A DNA stretch of 64,000 nt from Eledone cirrhosa (GCA_964016885.1 OZ024741.1:112344001-112408000), one strand, 5' to 3'; shown: positions 11,871 through 26,769, counted from the first letter of the stretch. The notes: generated by a model from the sequence alone, not told the origin. Translations and numbers: made by a program.

Positions 11871-12634
11871 ATGTATATATATATACATATATGTATATAT
11901 ATATATGTATATATATATAAATATATATATATGTGTGTGTATATATGTATATATACGTAAATATATGTGTGTGTGTGTGTGTGTGTATATATATAAACTT
12001 CTGTTCCTTTATTCAACTAATTGTTTTTCCTGTCACATATATATGCACACACTGTATCTATATGTCAATCTTTCTCTGAAACCATCTAATTTATCTGTCA
12101 GTTTGTCTATTTATCAGTGTCTGTCAATTTTGTTGTTGTTGTTGTTGTTGTTAATGTCTTATTTCGAGGGAGGTAAAAAACGTTTTCTAAGGAATCAATG
12201 ATTTTTATTTTTTTTTAGAAACAACTTTCTTCTTTTTAGAAGCATTTTTCTTCTTTTTTTTTAATGTTCTGGTCCTCTCTCCTATGTTTTGCAATTATTG
12301 ATGCAATTATTTTAGCTCCTGCAATTTTAACTGTTGCAAATGTTGCTGTTGTTTTTGTTACTCTTTGTTAAATTGAGTTATTCTTCTGAAGAGCCTAACT
12401 TCCAGGAAGTTGCTGTAAATAGAGATGGAATATTTTTTTTTTTTCTTTGCAACCTGATATTTACATATGGCACAAGTGAGATTGTGTGAAAAAATGTTAG
12501 CTACAATTCTACATTAACTATGTGAATTGAGAGATTTTATAATATTTCTAAATTATGTTCACTGAGAATCCAACAATTTTATCAAGTTTTACAGTTCCAT
12601 CTTTTTATGTGTACTCAGCATTATTTCAGATCCA

Positions 12635-12770
12635 AGCACAAGGCCAACAATTTTGGTGGGAGAGGAAAAATTGATTAAATCAATGTCAGAAGGATGAAAG
12701 GCAAAGTTGATCTCGGCAAGATTTGAACTCAGAACATAATGATCCAGTACAAATACTGCAAAGCATTTAT
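12635..12770 (-). mobile_element. Degenerate S1-related SINE
   Basis: GCACAAGGCCA...AAGGATGAAAGGCAAAGTTGA...TTTGAACTCAGA. Confidence 0.65.
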
Positions 12771-12876
12771 TTCACTCTCTGTAGCCAGTATTAATGAAAG
12801 CATTAAACTATAAAGCAATGAATCATTTTTACACTAAACATTATAGTAATTTCTTACTTCTTTGATACTGCTAGAC

Positions 12877-13161
12877 CAGGCATCAGGAACTTTTGTATAC
12901 TCTGATTTTTTAAAAAGATTTTATTAAATCTGCAATTTTGTATTAAAATAAAAGCCATAGGATATGACCCAGATAAGATTCAAAGCTGAAAACCATTTTG
13001 AGTAAGAAAAAGCTAGCTAAATTCATGTTTCATCATCATTTTATGTCAATTTTCTCTTGCTGACATGGCTTGTATTGGCAATGATCTCTGATAGTCTCAA
13101 TTATTTTTTTCCTTTTTTAGCTAAAAATGGCTCTTCAGATTGAAAAAGTTCCCCACCACTG
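12877..13161. mobile_element. hAT (Charlie-like) MITE
   Basis: TIR-like ends CAGGCATCAGGAACTTT and AAAGTTCCCCACCACTG; 8-bp TSD TGCTAGAC/TACTAGAC (7 of 8 match). Confidence 0.65.
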
Positions 13162-13488
13162 TACTAGACTAGACTAACTGGTGCTTCTTTGGTGTTTCTA
13201 GATTAGCTAATATTGAAAGTGTTTATTGCAGGGGTTCTCAACCTAGGGTGAATTTACCCCCAGTGGTTAAATTTCATTTCCTCACTGATTCTGGATTTGT
13301 ACATACATTTTTTTTTCAATCATAATTAAAAGCAATCTCATGTTGAGAAGAAAATTTGAAAAGATGTATCTTGTTTATTAATATACCAACCTGTCCATTG
13401 TTAGTTGTTCAAAAGTAAGTGAATTAACATTGTTTTATCCTATTATTATTATTATAGTTATTATTATTATTATTATTATTATTTGATA

Positions 13489-14075
13489 GGGCGGTGGATT
13501 GGCAGAATTGGTAGAGGGTCGGACATGTTTTCCAGCATAGTTACATCCCTTTAAGATCTGAGTTCAAATCCCGCCGAGGTTAACTTTGCCTTTCATCCTT
13601 ACGGGGTCGATAAAATAAAGTACCAGTAATGTGCTGAGTAATTGCTGGCTTTGTGCCAAAAAGTAGAAACAATTATTATTATTATTTGATGCTAAGGGTG
13701 TTGGAGAAATGATTAGCAGTATTCTGTCAATATATGTTCATAGATTAAATTCTGTTGAGGTTGTCTTTACTTTTCATCCTTCCAGGAGCAATAAAATAAA
13801 GTGCCAGTCAAATAGGGTTGATTTAATTAATTCTTCCCTACTCCAATAATTTTGCTGACCTTGTACCTAAATTAGCTATCATTTTAGAGTGTCAGACAAA
13901 TGCTAAGAGGTATTTATTCTGGTTCTTTACATATGGAGCTCAAATCCTGCTAAGGTCAAATTTATCTTTCATCTTTTTGAGATCAATAAAATAAAGTACC
14001 AATTAAGTATTGGGGGTCAATGTAATCAACGTGCTTCAGCATCAAAATTGCTGGCCTTGAACATAAATTAGAAAT
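13489..14075 (+). mobile_element. Three S1-related SINEs head to tail
   Basis: The core TTTCATC.T...(C)AATAAAATAAAGT.CCA recurs near 13590, 13772 and 13967; the first copy is well preserved, the next two are degenerate. Confidence 0.75.
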
Positions 14076-14356
14076 CTTTATTTAAACATAAAACAATAAT
14101 GTTAAAAGCAGTATTTTAAGATTTTTCTTATGGGAGAAATATAGACTGAAACTACTGAATAAAACATGGTGAGAGTTAATTTACTTTAAAAAGTTAGCAC
14201 AGAATTAAATGGGATGAAAACAGTTTGGAAGCCCTGGATTAGGGCTATATATTTTAATTGTTGTGAACAGCTGAGGCAAATAGAGGAATATAAGAATACA
14301 GACTTTGTCTGTTATGCATTTTCTGGCAAGTGTATTTATATTATGTTATAAACCAC

Positions 14357-16790
14357 CACACTACTTATAAGCCAGCTACTTATGAGCTAGCTACTTATGA
14401 GCCAGCTACTTATGGCCCAGCTACTTATGGCCCAGCTACTTATGGCCCAGCTACTTATGGCCCAGCTACTTATGGCCCAGCTACTTATGGCCCAGCTACT
14501 TATGGCCCAGCTACTTATGAGCCAGCTACTTATGGCCCAGCTACTTATGGCACAGCTACTTATGGCCCAGCTACTTATGGCCCAGCTACTTATGGCCCAG
14601 CTACTTATGGCCCAGCTACTTATGGCCCAGCTACTTATGGCCCAGCTACTTATGGCCCAGCTACTTATGGCCCAGCTACTTATGAGCCAGCTACTTATGG
14701 CCCAGCTACTTATGAGCCAGCTACTTATGAGCCAGCTACTTATGGCCCAGCTACTTATGGCCCAGCTACTTATGGCCCAGCTACTTATGGCCCAGCTACT
14801 TATGGCCCAGCTACTTATGGCCCAGCTACTTATGGCCCAGCTACTTATGGCCCAGCTACTTATGGCCCAGCTACTTATGGCCCAGCTACTTATGGCCCAG
14901 CTACTTATGGCCCAGCTACTTATGGCCCAGCTACTTATGGCCCAGCTACTTATAAGCCAGCTACTTATGGCCCAGCTACTTATGGCCCAGCTACTTATGG
15001 CCCAGCTTCTTATGGCCCAGCTACTTATGAGCCAGCTACTTATGAGCCAGCTACTTATGGCCCAGCTACTTATGAGCCAGCTACTTATGGCCCAGCTACT
15101 TATAAGCCAGCTACTTATGGCCCAGCTACTTATGGCCCAGCTACTTATGGCCCAGCTACTTATGGCCCAGCTACTTATGGCCCAGCTACTTATGGCCCAG
15201 CTACTTATGGCCCAGCTACTTATGGCCCAGCTACTTATGACCCAGCTACTTATGACCCAGCTACTTATGGCCCAGCTACTTATGAGCCAGCTACTTATGA
15301 GCCAGCTACTTATGGCCCAGCTACTTATGGCCCAGCTACTTATGGCCCAGCTACTTATGAGCCAGCTACTTATGGCCCAGCTACTTATGAGCCAGCTACT
15401 TATGGCCCAGCTACTTATGGCCCAGCTACTTATGGCCCAGCTACTTATGGCCCAGCTACTTATGGCCCAGCTACTTATGGCCCAGCTACTTATGAGCCAG
15501 CTACTTATGGCCCAGCTACTTATGAGCCAGCTACTTATGGCCCAGCTACTTATGGCCCAGCTACTTATGGCCCAGCTACTTATGGCCCAGCTACTTATGG
15601 CCCAGCTACTTATAAGCCAGCTACTTATGGCCCAGCTACTTATGGCCCAGCTACTTATGAGCCAGCTACTTATGAGCCAGCTACTTATGGCCCAGCTACT
15701 TATGGCCCAGCTACTTGTGGCCCAGCTACTTATGGCCCAGCTACTTATGGCCCAGCTACTTATGGCCCAGCTACTTATGAGCCAGCTACTTATGACCCAG
15801 CTACTTATGGCCCAGCTACTTATGAGCCAGCTACTTATGGCCCAGCTACTTATGAGCCAGCTACTTATGGCCCAGCTACTTATGGCCCAGCTACTTATGG
15901 CCCAGCTACTTATGAGCCAGCTACTTATGGCCCAGCTACTTATGGCCCAGCTACTTATGGCCCAGCTACTTATGGCCCAGCTACTTATGGCCCAGCTACT
16001 TATGGCCCAGCTACTTATGAGCCAGCTACTTATGGCCCAGCTACTTATGAGCCAGCTACTTATGGCCCAGCTACTTATGGCCCAGCTACTTATGGCCCAG
16101 CTACTTATGGCCCAGCTACTTATGAGCCAGCTACTTATGGCCCAGCTACTTATGAGCCAGCTACTTATGAGCCAGCTACTTATGGCCCAGCTACTTATGG
16201 CCCAGCTACTTATGGCCCAGCTACTTATGAGCCAGCTACTTATGGCCCAGCTACTTATGAGCCAGCTACTTATGAGCCAGCTACTTATGGCCCAGCTACT
16301 TATGAGCCAGCTACTTATGAGCCAGCTACTTATGGCCCAGCTACTTATGGCCCAGCTACTTATGGCCCAGCTACTTATGAGCCAGCTACTTATGGCCCAG
16401 CTACTTATGAGCCAGCTACTTATGAGCCAGCTACTTATGGCCCAGCTACTTATGAGCCAGCTACTTATGGCCCAGCTACTTATGGCCCAGCTACTTATGG
16501 CCCAGCTACTTATGGCCCAGCTACTTATGAGCCAGCTACTTATGGCCCAGCTACTTATGAGCCAGCTACTTATGTCCCAGCTACTTATGGCCCAGCTACT
16601 TATGGCCCAGCTACTTATGTCCCAGCTACTTATGAGCCAGCTACTTATGTCCCAGCTACTTATGACTCAGCTAGTTGTGACCCTGCTACTTGTGGCTTGA
16701 CTATTTGTGACTGGACTACTTGTGACTGGACTACTTGTGACCAGACTGTTTGTGGCCCAAGCTACTTATGACCTGACTATTTATGACCAA
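14357..16790. repeat. 15-bp minisatellite (CCAGCTACTTATGGC)n
   Basis: 153 near-perfect units at 14372-16666 plus about 8 degenerate 3' units; variants end in GGC, GAG, AAG, GAC or GTC. Confidence 0.97.
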
Positions 16791-17700
16791 AAGAGAATAA
16801 TTAGTTTATGGATACAGGACACAGTAGTTCAACTCTGTTAATTAATTGAAAGAAATAATTAGTTCAGTAATTAATAAGAGGTTACTTTGTACAATATCGA
16901 TGAAAGGATTTGAACTGACATACTTTTCAGTCAGGTGTTTGATATATAATACACACAGTCATTGGGAATACTCATTACTCAGTCATATAACACAATGCTT
17001 CAAACTTTTGGCCTTTTCAATTATTAGGCCTTACGTTTTTACCACTAAGCCAATATATTTTCAAAAGAGTGTTTTATAAGCACCCCACTTTCAGTCCCTT
17101 TTATTGGTTTAATGCAGAAGACACAAAAATAAATAAACACAAAGGCAGTAAAGTTTTTAAAAGCTAAATCCTCCATGGAGCTGATGACATTAGAAATATG
17201 TTATAAAATAAATATAAGAAGGGAAATAAAATTTAAAAAAAAACATAAAAAATATTGAATCCATAAAATAACAATAAAATTTGATATTTGGATTGGGGCA
17301 GACTAAATTATCAATAATATTTTTATTAATATTCAATATACTGTAAAAGAAGGCATTGCAAAATCAGATAAAATTTATGTTGAATTTTCATTGAACATTA
17401 TTTAGGAAATTTGTAAAAATTCTCTTGCAGAGATATTTATTTCATTCTTTTATTCCTTTTCTGGTTTCAGTCTCTAGACTGCAACCATGCTGGAGCACAA
17501 CCTAGAAGGAATGGTACTTATTTTAGCTATCTTTATTTTCTCAAACTGCCAAGTTTCCAGATATAAAGAGGAAATGTTATTGTAGCTATAAATACACACA
17601 GGCATCTGCATAGTTTCCATCTACCTAATTTCATTCTGTTCCTATTATTAGCTTACTGTGGATGAAACACACAATCAACACAGTTTTTTAAAAGCTAAAT

Positions 17701-17845
17701 CAGGTATGGGCACCGTTTTTCGAGCAGTGGGCTGCATAGGATATGGCTGATCACAAAGTAGGCTGAACTATTAAAATTGCAAGGATATTTTGAGATCAGG
17801 CATGCACTTTAGAAAGCCTGACAAGCCACAGTTTACCCATGCCTG
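17701..17845. mobile_element. 145-bp hAT MITE
   Basis: TIRs CAGGTATGGGCA and TACCCATGCCTG; perfect 8-bp TSD AGCTAAAT (17693-17700 and 17846-17853). Confidence 0.85.
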
Positions 17846-17904
17846 AGCTAAATCTACCATGGAACTGATGATATTAGCAATATAATATAAAATATAAAAT
17901 GAGA

Positions 17905-18535
<631 letters not shown>

Positions 18536-19909
18536 CAAACTAAATGATTGTTGAATTTGTTTACATCAAAGCTAGCTATTGGTATCAAAATGCAAAAATA
18601 AAGTCTCTATTTACTAGAACCTCCTGACAATTAAAAAATGACTCAATTCTTTTCAAAATTAGTTTTTTAAAATTGGGCTTTATATACCGAATAGCTGCTT
18701 CACCAATTGTTGCAGAGTTGAAACTATATAAATCTGTCGTTTTAGAAAGATATGAAATAAATGTATAATGAAAGAAAGAATGGAATGTTATCTCAATTAA
18801 TGACAGCACCTTGATAGTCGTTAGAGTATTGGATGGAATGCTTTATGGTATTCATTGTGGTTTCTACACTCAGAGTTCAAATCATACCAAGGTTAACCTT
18901 ATCTTTCTTCACTTTGTTGAATGGATAGAGTTTTGGTCGCTCAACTAAATGGCTTAAATCTATAGTTCTGTACTGTGTAGGTTAGTTTTTCTTTACCTTA
19001 TTCTAGTTAGTAAAAGGCTTTAAAACAGCCTCAAAAATGACCCCCATGACTAAGAATCTTGTTATGGGACCCTGTTCTAGCTAGGGAAATGACTTTAAAG
19101 CAATTGTTTATAATAAGCTGTCACATTGGCCTTTTTCATTTACATATAAGAAAAGGAGCAAGTTATCATATAGAATCAAAGAGAAAATATTTCCAGTGTT
19201 TCAATCATCAAATTGGATCAAGGAATTACTGTTTCCATTGGTCTTTCCATTGATGATACTACAACACTTGACAGAAACATGTGACAGGAGGCAGGATTTG
19301 GAAGCTGAAACAGACCTGCAAAGCAGCCTATTTGATGCTTACACAATTCCATCAATCCATTACCACTGATACTTCAGCTATCCACCCAGAAACGATGAAA
19401 AGCAAAGTTGACCTCAGTGGGATTTGAAACCAGAGTACAGTAAGCTGCAACTAATATCAAAGTATTTATTCTGACGCGATAACGACAATTACAAATCATC
19501 ACCCGACTTTAAACCAATCATATGAGATGTAGTTTATAATCATTCCATAATGCCTCTATCTTGAGTCTAGTAGATAGTACGTCTTAAGTGATAATAGGAG
19601 AGAAATGAGAAATAACCTATGTGGAATATAGTTCTGCACACATGATGTGATCTATCATTATGTAATTTACGCTTATTATTATTTTCAATCTTTCCATGGT
19701 CTGTTATATATATACATACATACACACACCACACATATGTTTATATCTCTCTCTCTCTCAATATATATATATATATATGTATATACATACATATATATAT
19801 ATATGTATATACATACATATATATAAAATGCTCCCATACACACACAAACATATAATGTACACACACACATACATATAATTATGACTGACGCTATACTATA
19901 TATCGTTAT

Positions 19910-20340
19910 GTTTAGTGTTTGCAGAACAACAGAATCCATTTATCTGGAATACTGCCAAAAGCTCTTTCGTCGTCAATCCATGCCTTGCATTTTTCCCCAC
20001 CATCCAAATTCTTATTATTATCTTCAGTTATAGCTTTATTTATCAGTAGATTGTTTTTAGAGCTTTAACTGTCTCTTCAACATTCTTTTTCGCTATATCT
20101 GATTAGATACGATTCTCTTTTCAGGCAGACATTTACTGTGAGAAATTATTGATGCGAGAATTTCATGTTGAGTTGTTAGTTAGGTGATAGTTATATAATC
20201 ACAAGAACATTCGTTCTTCTTGGATTTTGGCTATTAGAATTATTTTGGTATTATTTTCGTTCTTCTTTTTTTGTTCTTTTAAGAATATTGTTGGAAGCAC
20301 TTGCATGTGTTTTGGCAAGTATGCTAGCTAAAAGTATGAT
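19910..20340 (-). mobile_element. R4/Dong-clade-like non-LTR RT relic
   Basis: Broken minus-strand translation KEC*RDS*SSKNNLLINKAITED...AWID..RAFGSIPDKWIL resembles the EQKGCR...QLLI.KAI.ED...AWIDY.KAFDSVPH.WI block. Confidence 0.5.
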
Positions 20341-21324
20341 ATATATCATCACTGTGTGGTTACCAATTGCAATTTGACTTCAGTATATGCGTGACTGTTG
20401 CAATTGTTATCTTAACTGAGCTCTTTGTCACTCATTTTTGGTTCTATTTTTATATTCTCAATCCATGTCCACTCCTATTTATGTTCTTATTTATATACCA
20501 TTCCATATTTTGTCTCACAACTCATCTTTTTGTCTTCATTATTTTTCCATTGTTGATTGTCTGTTTTCATCATCACCATCATCGTTTAACATCCACTAAA
20601 TGATATTTATCCATTTGGTTTTGTTCATTTATATATTCCAATAGATCACATTTAAAGCATGGAAAGTGGACATTTTGTGTCCATAAAACATTTGGCATTT
20701 TTTCCCTATATTCTGTACTTTAACATGGATTTATTTTATACATTGGTGTGGTGGGTGATTTATATTCTTTTCCTTTATTCCATTATTGGCTTAAATCATT
20801 AGACTGTGGCCATACTGTGGCACCATCTTGAAGAGATATAGTCAATTATATCAACTCCAATACTTATTTTTTTCTTTTTTCAAGTCTGGCGTTTATTTCA
20901 TTGATCTCATATTTTGTTGAACATAACTTTATGTGACATGCACTAGGACTGAACCCCCAAACCATGTAATTGTGAAGTGAACCCCTTAACTGTTAAGCCT
21001 TACCTGCAGCTATTACACACACACAAACACACATGTATTTATATTTTTATATTTTAGGAGGGTCATGATGCAAATAAAGCAAATAAATACACACAAACCA
21101 GTTAAGTTTCACTTCAGTGTATTTTTATTGCCAACATAACCCTTCCAAGTTATAACAATATTTATTTCAACTTATGTATTTTTATAATGAATCTTGCAAA
21201 AAAAAGGTGTGTGTATATTTATATATGTAAAAGTGCCAGGTAAAAGTACCATGGGGGCTAACTTCCTTGTGAAGCAAAGCAGGAGAAGTACTTAGTTAAA
21301 AGTAAACCCCTCTACTTAGTTATT

Positions 21325-22620
21325 ATTAACTGGGAGAAAACCTTTGACAGAGTCCCCCGTTCCATTATCTAGTGGGTTCTTAGAAAACTGGGAGTAGATG
21401 AATGGCTTGTGAAAGCTATACAAGCCATGTATAGATGAACAATCAGCAAGATTAGAATTAACAATGACTATAGTGAAGAATCTAGTGTGTTTATAGGTGT
21501 CCATCAGGGATCTGTCTTTAGCCCTCACCTGTTTATTATCGTCCTGCAGGCTATAAGGGAAGAGTTAAGACTGACTGCCCATGGGAGCTTTTGTATGCAG
21601 ATGATCTAACCCCCATAGCTGAATCTGTGGCAAAATTAGACAAGAAATTCCAAACCTGGAAGCATAGCATAGAATCAAAGGTCTTAAAGTTAACTGGTCA
21701 AAGACTTAAGTTCTAATATGTAGAAAGGAATATAGAGCCCAGACTCTCTCAGAGAAATGGCCTTTCTCAGTGTGCAGGAAAAGAGTAGGTAGAAATTCCA
21801 TCCTATATCCCAAATGCAAGCTATGGGTACATAACAGATGTAGTGGGATCACAGGCAGGCATAGGTTTTATATGTGGATAATGCAGAGGTGCAGTAAGTA
21901 GCATGTGCACAGAAGATACTAACTCCTTCAAATGCCCAGAAGGTGCTGTAGAAACAGTTGACAGTTTCCGTTAACTGGGTGACAAAATCAGCTGTAGAAG
22001 AGGATGTACAGTAGCCAGAGTAAGAACAGGATGGAGAAAGTTCAAAGTGCTATTACCGCTGCTACCTACAAAAGGTTTTCCCCTTAAAATGAAGGTCAGA
22101 TTGTATGAAGCCTGTATGCAAGCAGCAATGTTGTATGGTAGTGAGATCTAGACACTGTGCAGAGGATCTACAAAGATTGGAAAGAAATGAAGCCTGCATG
22201 CTTCGATGGATGTGTGATAGTAATATACATAAACAGCAAAGTGTAAATTAACTGAGAGAGAAATTGGGCATATGGGGGATCAGATGCAGTATGTTAGAGA
22301 GGAGATTTCATTGGTATGGTCCTGTGATGCATATGAAGGATGACAACTATATAAAAAGGTGCAGGGTGATCAAAGTTGACAGAAGCTATGGAGTAGGAAG
22401 AGCTGGGATAATGTTATAGAAAACTCCTCTTCCCATGCACATGACTGAAACATACATCTAGTAGGCATCTCTAAACCACTATAACTCTCTTCCACACACC
22501 ACGTGCCCCAAATCTACCCTCACACTTTGGTCTACATCACCTTTACACTGTAAATTCATGGTGGTATCACAAAAATGCATCCAGCCCACACTGTAAAGTC
22601 ACATTGTATCACCCAGTCTG
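21325..22620 (+). mobile_element. Degenerate RTE LINE (family-B-like) RT to 3' UTR
   Basis: KPLTESP/LRKLGVDEWLVKAIQAMY, GVHQGSV, WELLYADDL and GWRKFK with many stops and frameshifts. Confidence 0.9.
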
Positions 22621-22650
22621 AGAATCAAACTCACAACCTCCCGATTACAA

Positions 22651-22695
<45 letters not shown>

Positions 22696-22706
22696 TATAT
22701 ATACAT

Positions 22707-22764
<58 letters not shown>

Positions 22765-22769
22765 GTGTG

Positions 22770-23100
22770 TGTGTGTATATATATGTAGTATATATGTGTG
22801 TGTGTATATATACGTAGTATATATGTGTGTGTATATATATATGTAGTATATATGTGTGTATATATATGTAGTATATATGTGTGTGTGTATACATATGTAG
22901 TATATATGTATGTGTCTGTGTGTATATATATGTAGTATATATGTGTGTGTGTGTGTATATATGTAGTATATATGTGTGTGTGTATATATGTAGTATATAT
23001 GTGTGTGTGTGTGTATATATGAAGTATACATGTGTGTGTGTGTATATATGTAGTATATATATATATATATATATGTATGTTTGTCTGTACGTAGTATATA
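22770..23100. repeat. Compound minisatellite of GTAGT + (AT)n + (GT)n units, ~25-33 bp
   Basis: About ten recurrences of GTAGTATATATGTGTG...TATATAT. Confidence 0.75.
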
Positions 23101-23126
23101 TGTATATATATATATATGTGCATATG

Positions 23127-23166
<40 letters not shown>

Positions 23167-23981
23167 GCTTTTGACAACGGCTGACGATATACACGTAGGT
23201 AAATATATTCCTTATTTGATATTTTGTAACAAAACTTTCATAGATCGATAACGAAATATGCGTACAATGTATTATTATCACCTGGAAACGATCGTAAAGC
23301 AGTGAAGTATATTCCCAATGACTTGAATTTTTATTTCATTGTTTTAACTTATATCATGACTCTGTTTTCCTTTTGATGTTTTATTGTTTTCGGGGATTTA
23401 TTTTAACCTACAACATTTTCAACATATGGATTACATTGAGTTCTTCATACAGACTAGACCCCACAACTAACCGTGGATATTTCTGTGTATATATATATAT
23501 ATATGTGTGCGTGTGGTTGTGTAATTGAGTATAGTTGTTTGTATGTACCTGTACTGTTTGTTTATGACAAATATGTATCAATAAAATGAATAGCAGATTT
23601 CAAAAAATGAATACTAGTGTTGATATGATTAACTAAATCCCTTGAAATCACTGCTTCAGCATGGCCACAGTTTAATGACTAAAATAAATAAAAGAATAAA
23701 ACAATCTATTATCTTTACATGTCTTTTCACTTTTGTTAAAGGGGTATTCTTTCTTCTCTAGAAACATACTTCTGACATACTCTTGTAATATTTCCTCTCT
23801 TTCCACATTATAATATATTCTTGTGTGCCATTACCAGTACTCTATTGATTGGATAGATATATTGCATATTTCTATGTTTATATCTATCTGGTAGCTATAA
23901 GGCTATGTGTGTTGTCTTGTCTATTTTAATCAGATGCATGTATTATGTTTGTAGAGATTGTGAATATATATATATCGTTAA

Positions 23982-24028
<47 letters not shown>

Positions 24029-24618
24029 ATGTGTGTGTTTGTGTGTGTTTGTGTTGTGTGTTTTTATGAATGTATATGTATATAAATATGTGTGTATATA
24101 TATATATGTATATATGTGTGTGTATGCATTAATATTCAGCTTGTAGCTTGTATTTCATATAATATATTCATATTCGTATATAAATATTCTGTGTATATTG
24201 CCTTAATGTTATGTATATGTTTGTTGTGATGTTTTCCTCCATCTAGGAAGAAAGTAGTGCTGTGTAGTATAAATTTAGAATAGAAATACTTGCTCCTTTG
24301 TCTATTGATGGTTTCTCCCCTTTGGTTTGATTTCTAGAGGAGTGATTATCAAGCTTCCATTTGGAGGAAACACTTTTTGGGTGGCTGCTGATTCACTGAT
24401 TCTTTGACAATCTCTACTGCTATTCTTTTATTCATGCCATATTTTTCATGCTTCCTGGGCATCAGCTTTCCGAGTATACATTCTTCTTTCCAATCAGGTC
24501 CAAACAAGAATATTTCTTTGTCACCATAATCCTCATCATTTTCACCCTTCTTCCCCTTCTAACCCCTCTGACCCACACTATGCTCCCACCTATCTTCTTC
24601 CTCATCATTATAATAGTG

Positions 24619-25145
24619 TTAACCCTCTCATTACCATATTTCTGATGGACAGCATTGCCTATGATTTTAAAATAATTTAAAAAATAAAAAATTTGAGGGA
24701 TTTAATAATATAACAAACCTGTTCATTATTAATGTGTTATTCTAAATATAACTTAACACAGATTCATAAATAAAATTATGATGAAAAGTTTTAAGAAACT
24801 TTAAACACATCAGCAGTTAACATCATTTGTTTTAACTCTTTCTTTATCCTAGTACTAATGAAAGCTACTGCCTATAATTGTCAAATAATAAAAAAAAAAT
24901 AATCAAGTGTTTTAAGGGATTTAATAATAAGCTAACTTTATCTCCTTAAGTTAGTTTTTGGAACATTAACCCATGCTAGCATGTAAAAATGGATGTTAAA
25001 TGGTGAAGATGATGATAATGAGGACCTAAGGTTCAAACATAAAATTATTATGAAAAGCTTTTAGGAAAATATAAACACTTTAAAACACAGCTTCATATTG
25101 TTGACCCATAGCTGGTTTCAGGTGGCTTAGTATCAAAAGTGTTAA
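24619..25145. mobile_element. Two adjacent piggyBac-type (TTAA) MITE relics
   Basis: TTAACCCTCTCATTACC start and GTATCAAAAGTGTTAA end; internal blocks duplicated (AGGGATTTAATAATA, ATAAAATTA.GA/TATGAAAAG). Confidence 0.55.
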
Positions 25146-26121
25146 CAGAAACAGTCATGAATTCAAATCTATATCATTTTTATTCCAGGAGTAAATCCTA
25201 CTAGAAATTATTCTGAATTCTGTTTCACTTGGATCAATGAAATAACTAAGATACTGGTTTAATAATATGTCAAGTTATTTTAAAATATTTCAAGGCCAAA
25301 TATACTGAAATATATATAGTTTTGTTTAAGATCACTGAGAAAGGTTATCCAGTATACATTTTATATGGATATTAAGATGGTATTACACTGAGCTCACAAC
25401 TTGTACAGTTCTAAATAGTCTATTTTTGAAGATATGAAGCTGAAATTATCTTTTCATTCAAAAAGCCTTTAAAACTCTTAACACTCTTTTTTTTTTTTAC
25501 ACAAAACCATATCACCCTTAAGGAAAAAACTCTCACCTCTGCCACTATCACTTTTTTCTAAATTTTCTCAATCTCCAGAGTACCGGACATGACATTTTGT
25601 CAGCATGCAAAGGCACCTTTTATAAATGGTATGAAAATACACAGTTTTGAATAATGCAGCAGGGAGTCAACTGACCATGTAATATGTGGGTCTACCATAT
25701 TTACATAGTTTCTCTTATCCATCCAACTAAGCTTGAACATATATGAATCATTGATTGTCTCAAGTCTCATCACCACCATTATAACCGATGGTAGAATATT
25801 TACTTGTGTTCTTATGTTAGGCTTCTCTCATTAGCTTGGCTTCATAATCTAGTTTCTTATATTTCAATGTGAAATAGCATGACTATACAAAGTCCATTAT
25901 GTTGCTGGATCATATAGTTTCATATTAATATTTATCATATATCTTTATAGAGAATTTTTGTAGATATAACAAGGAATAAACCTAGATGATGGCCTGCAAA
26001 AATCAGTTAATAAAGTTCATAAAATTGAATAAGTCATATTCAATATGGGCTGTGTGAAGAGCTGGTTACTCATGGCACAGAAACTTATTGAATTTCATGG
26101 ACTTCATTCTTGTGTGTTTGT

Positions 26122-26170
<49 letters not shown>

Positions 26171-26212
26171 CATACATAGACACGGACACATATATTAAGA
26201 TATAGAAAATAT

Positions 26213-26243
<31 letters not shown>

Positions 26244-26769
26244 CTTATTTTATATAATTTTATTTCCTAGAACTTTTTTTATCTATCTTATGTATCAATC
26301 TTATTAAATATTTTTGGTATTATTACTCATGTCTGATTCACATCGGTATAAACAATGATGATGATGATGATCGTTGTTATCACCGTTTTAATGTCTGTGC
26401 CTGATGTCATTGACAATAAGATTGAATATATCAGGTTACTTGTCTGTAAAGTGAAACCCAATAAGCAGCTTTACTTTATCAATCTCGTAACATTTCATTA
26501 TTACTATGGGTCAGCTAATTCCTCGTTTGAAAGAGAACTTCCCCAGTATAATGGTGTTTTAGTGTATGAGCTGATAGCAGGACCAACATTTAACTAGAAA
26601 GAAAGAAAATCAATAAGCTTGCAACAGAGCATTTTGGAGGAAAGGCCCTTAACATTATTGTTGCTGCTATTGTTACAGCTTACACCTATGTAGATGTAAC
26701 TGGTTTCCTATGAGATATCTTGGGTATTTGAATAAAACGGGCACCAGTCCTATCCTGAAAAATCCCACA

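Noticed and set aside
14397-16700. 767-aa (AQLLM)n ORF
   Set aside because: An alternative open frame of the 15-bp minisatellite with no unique flanking coding sequence.
14357-16790. CRISPR-like array
   Set aside because: Contiguous 15-bp units with no unique spacers, no cas genes, and a eukaryotic context.
23175-23275. CTGACGA ... GAAATATGCGTA as a hammerhead
   Set aside because: No convincing stem I or stem II pairing.
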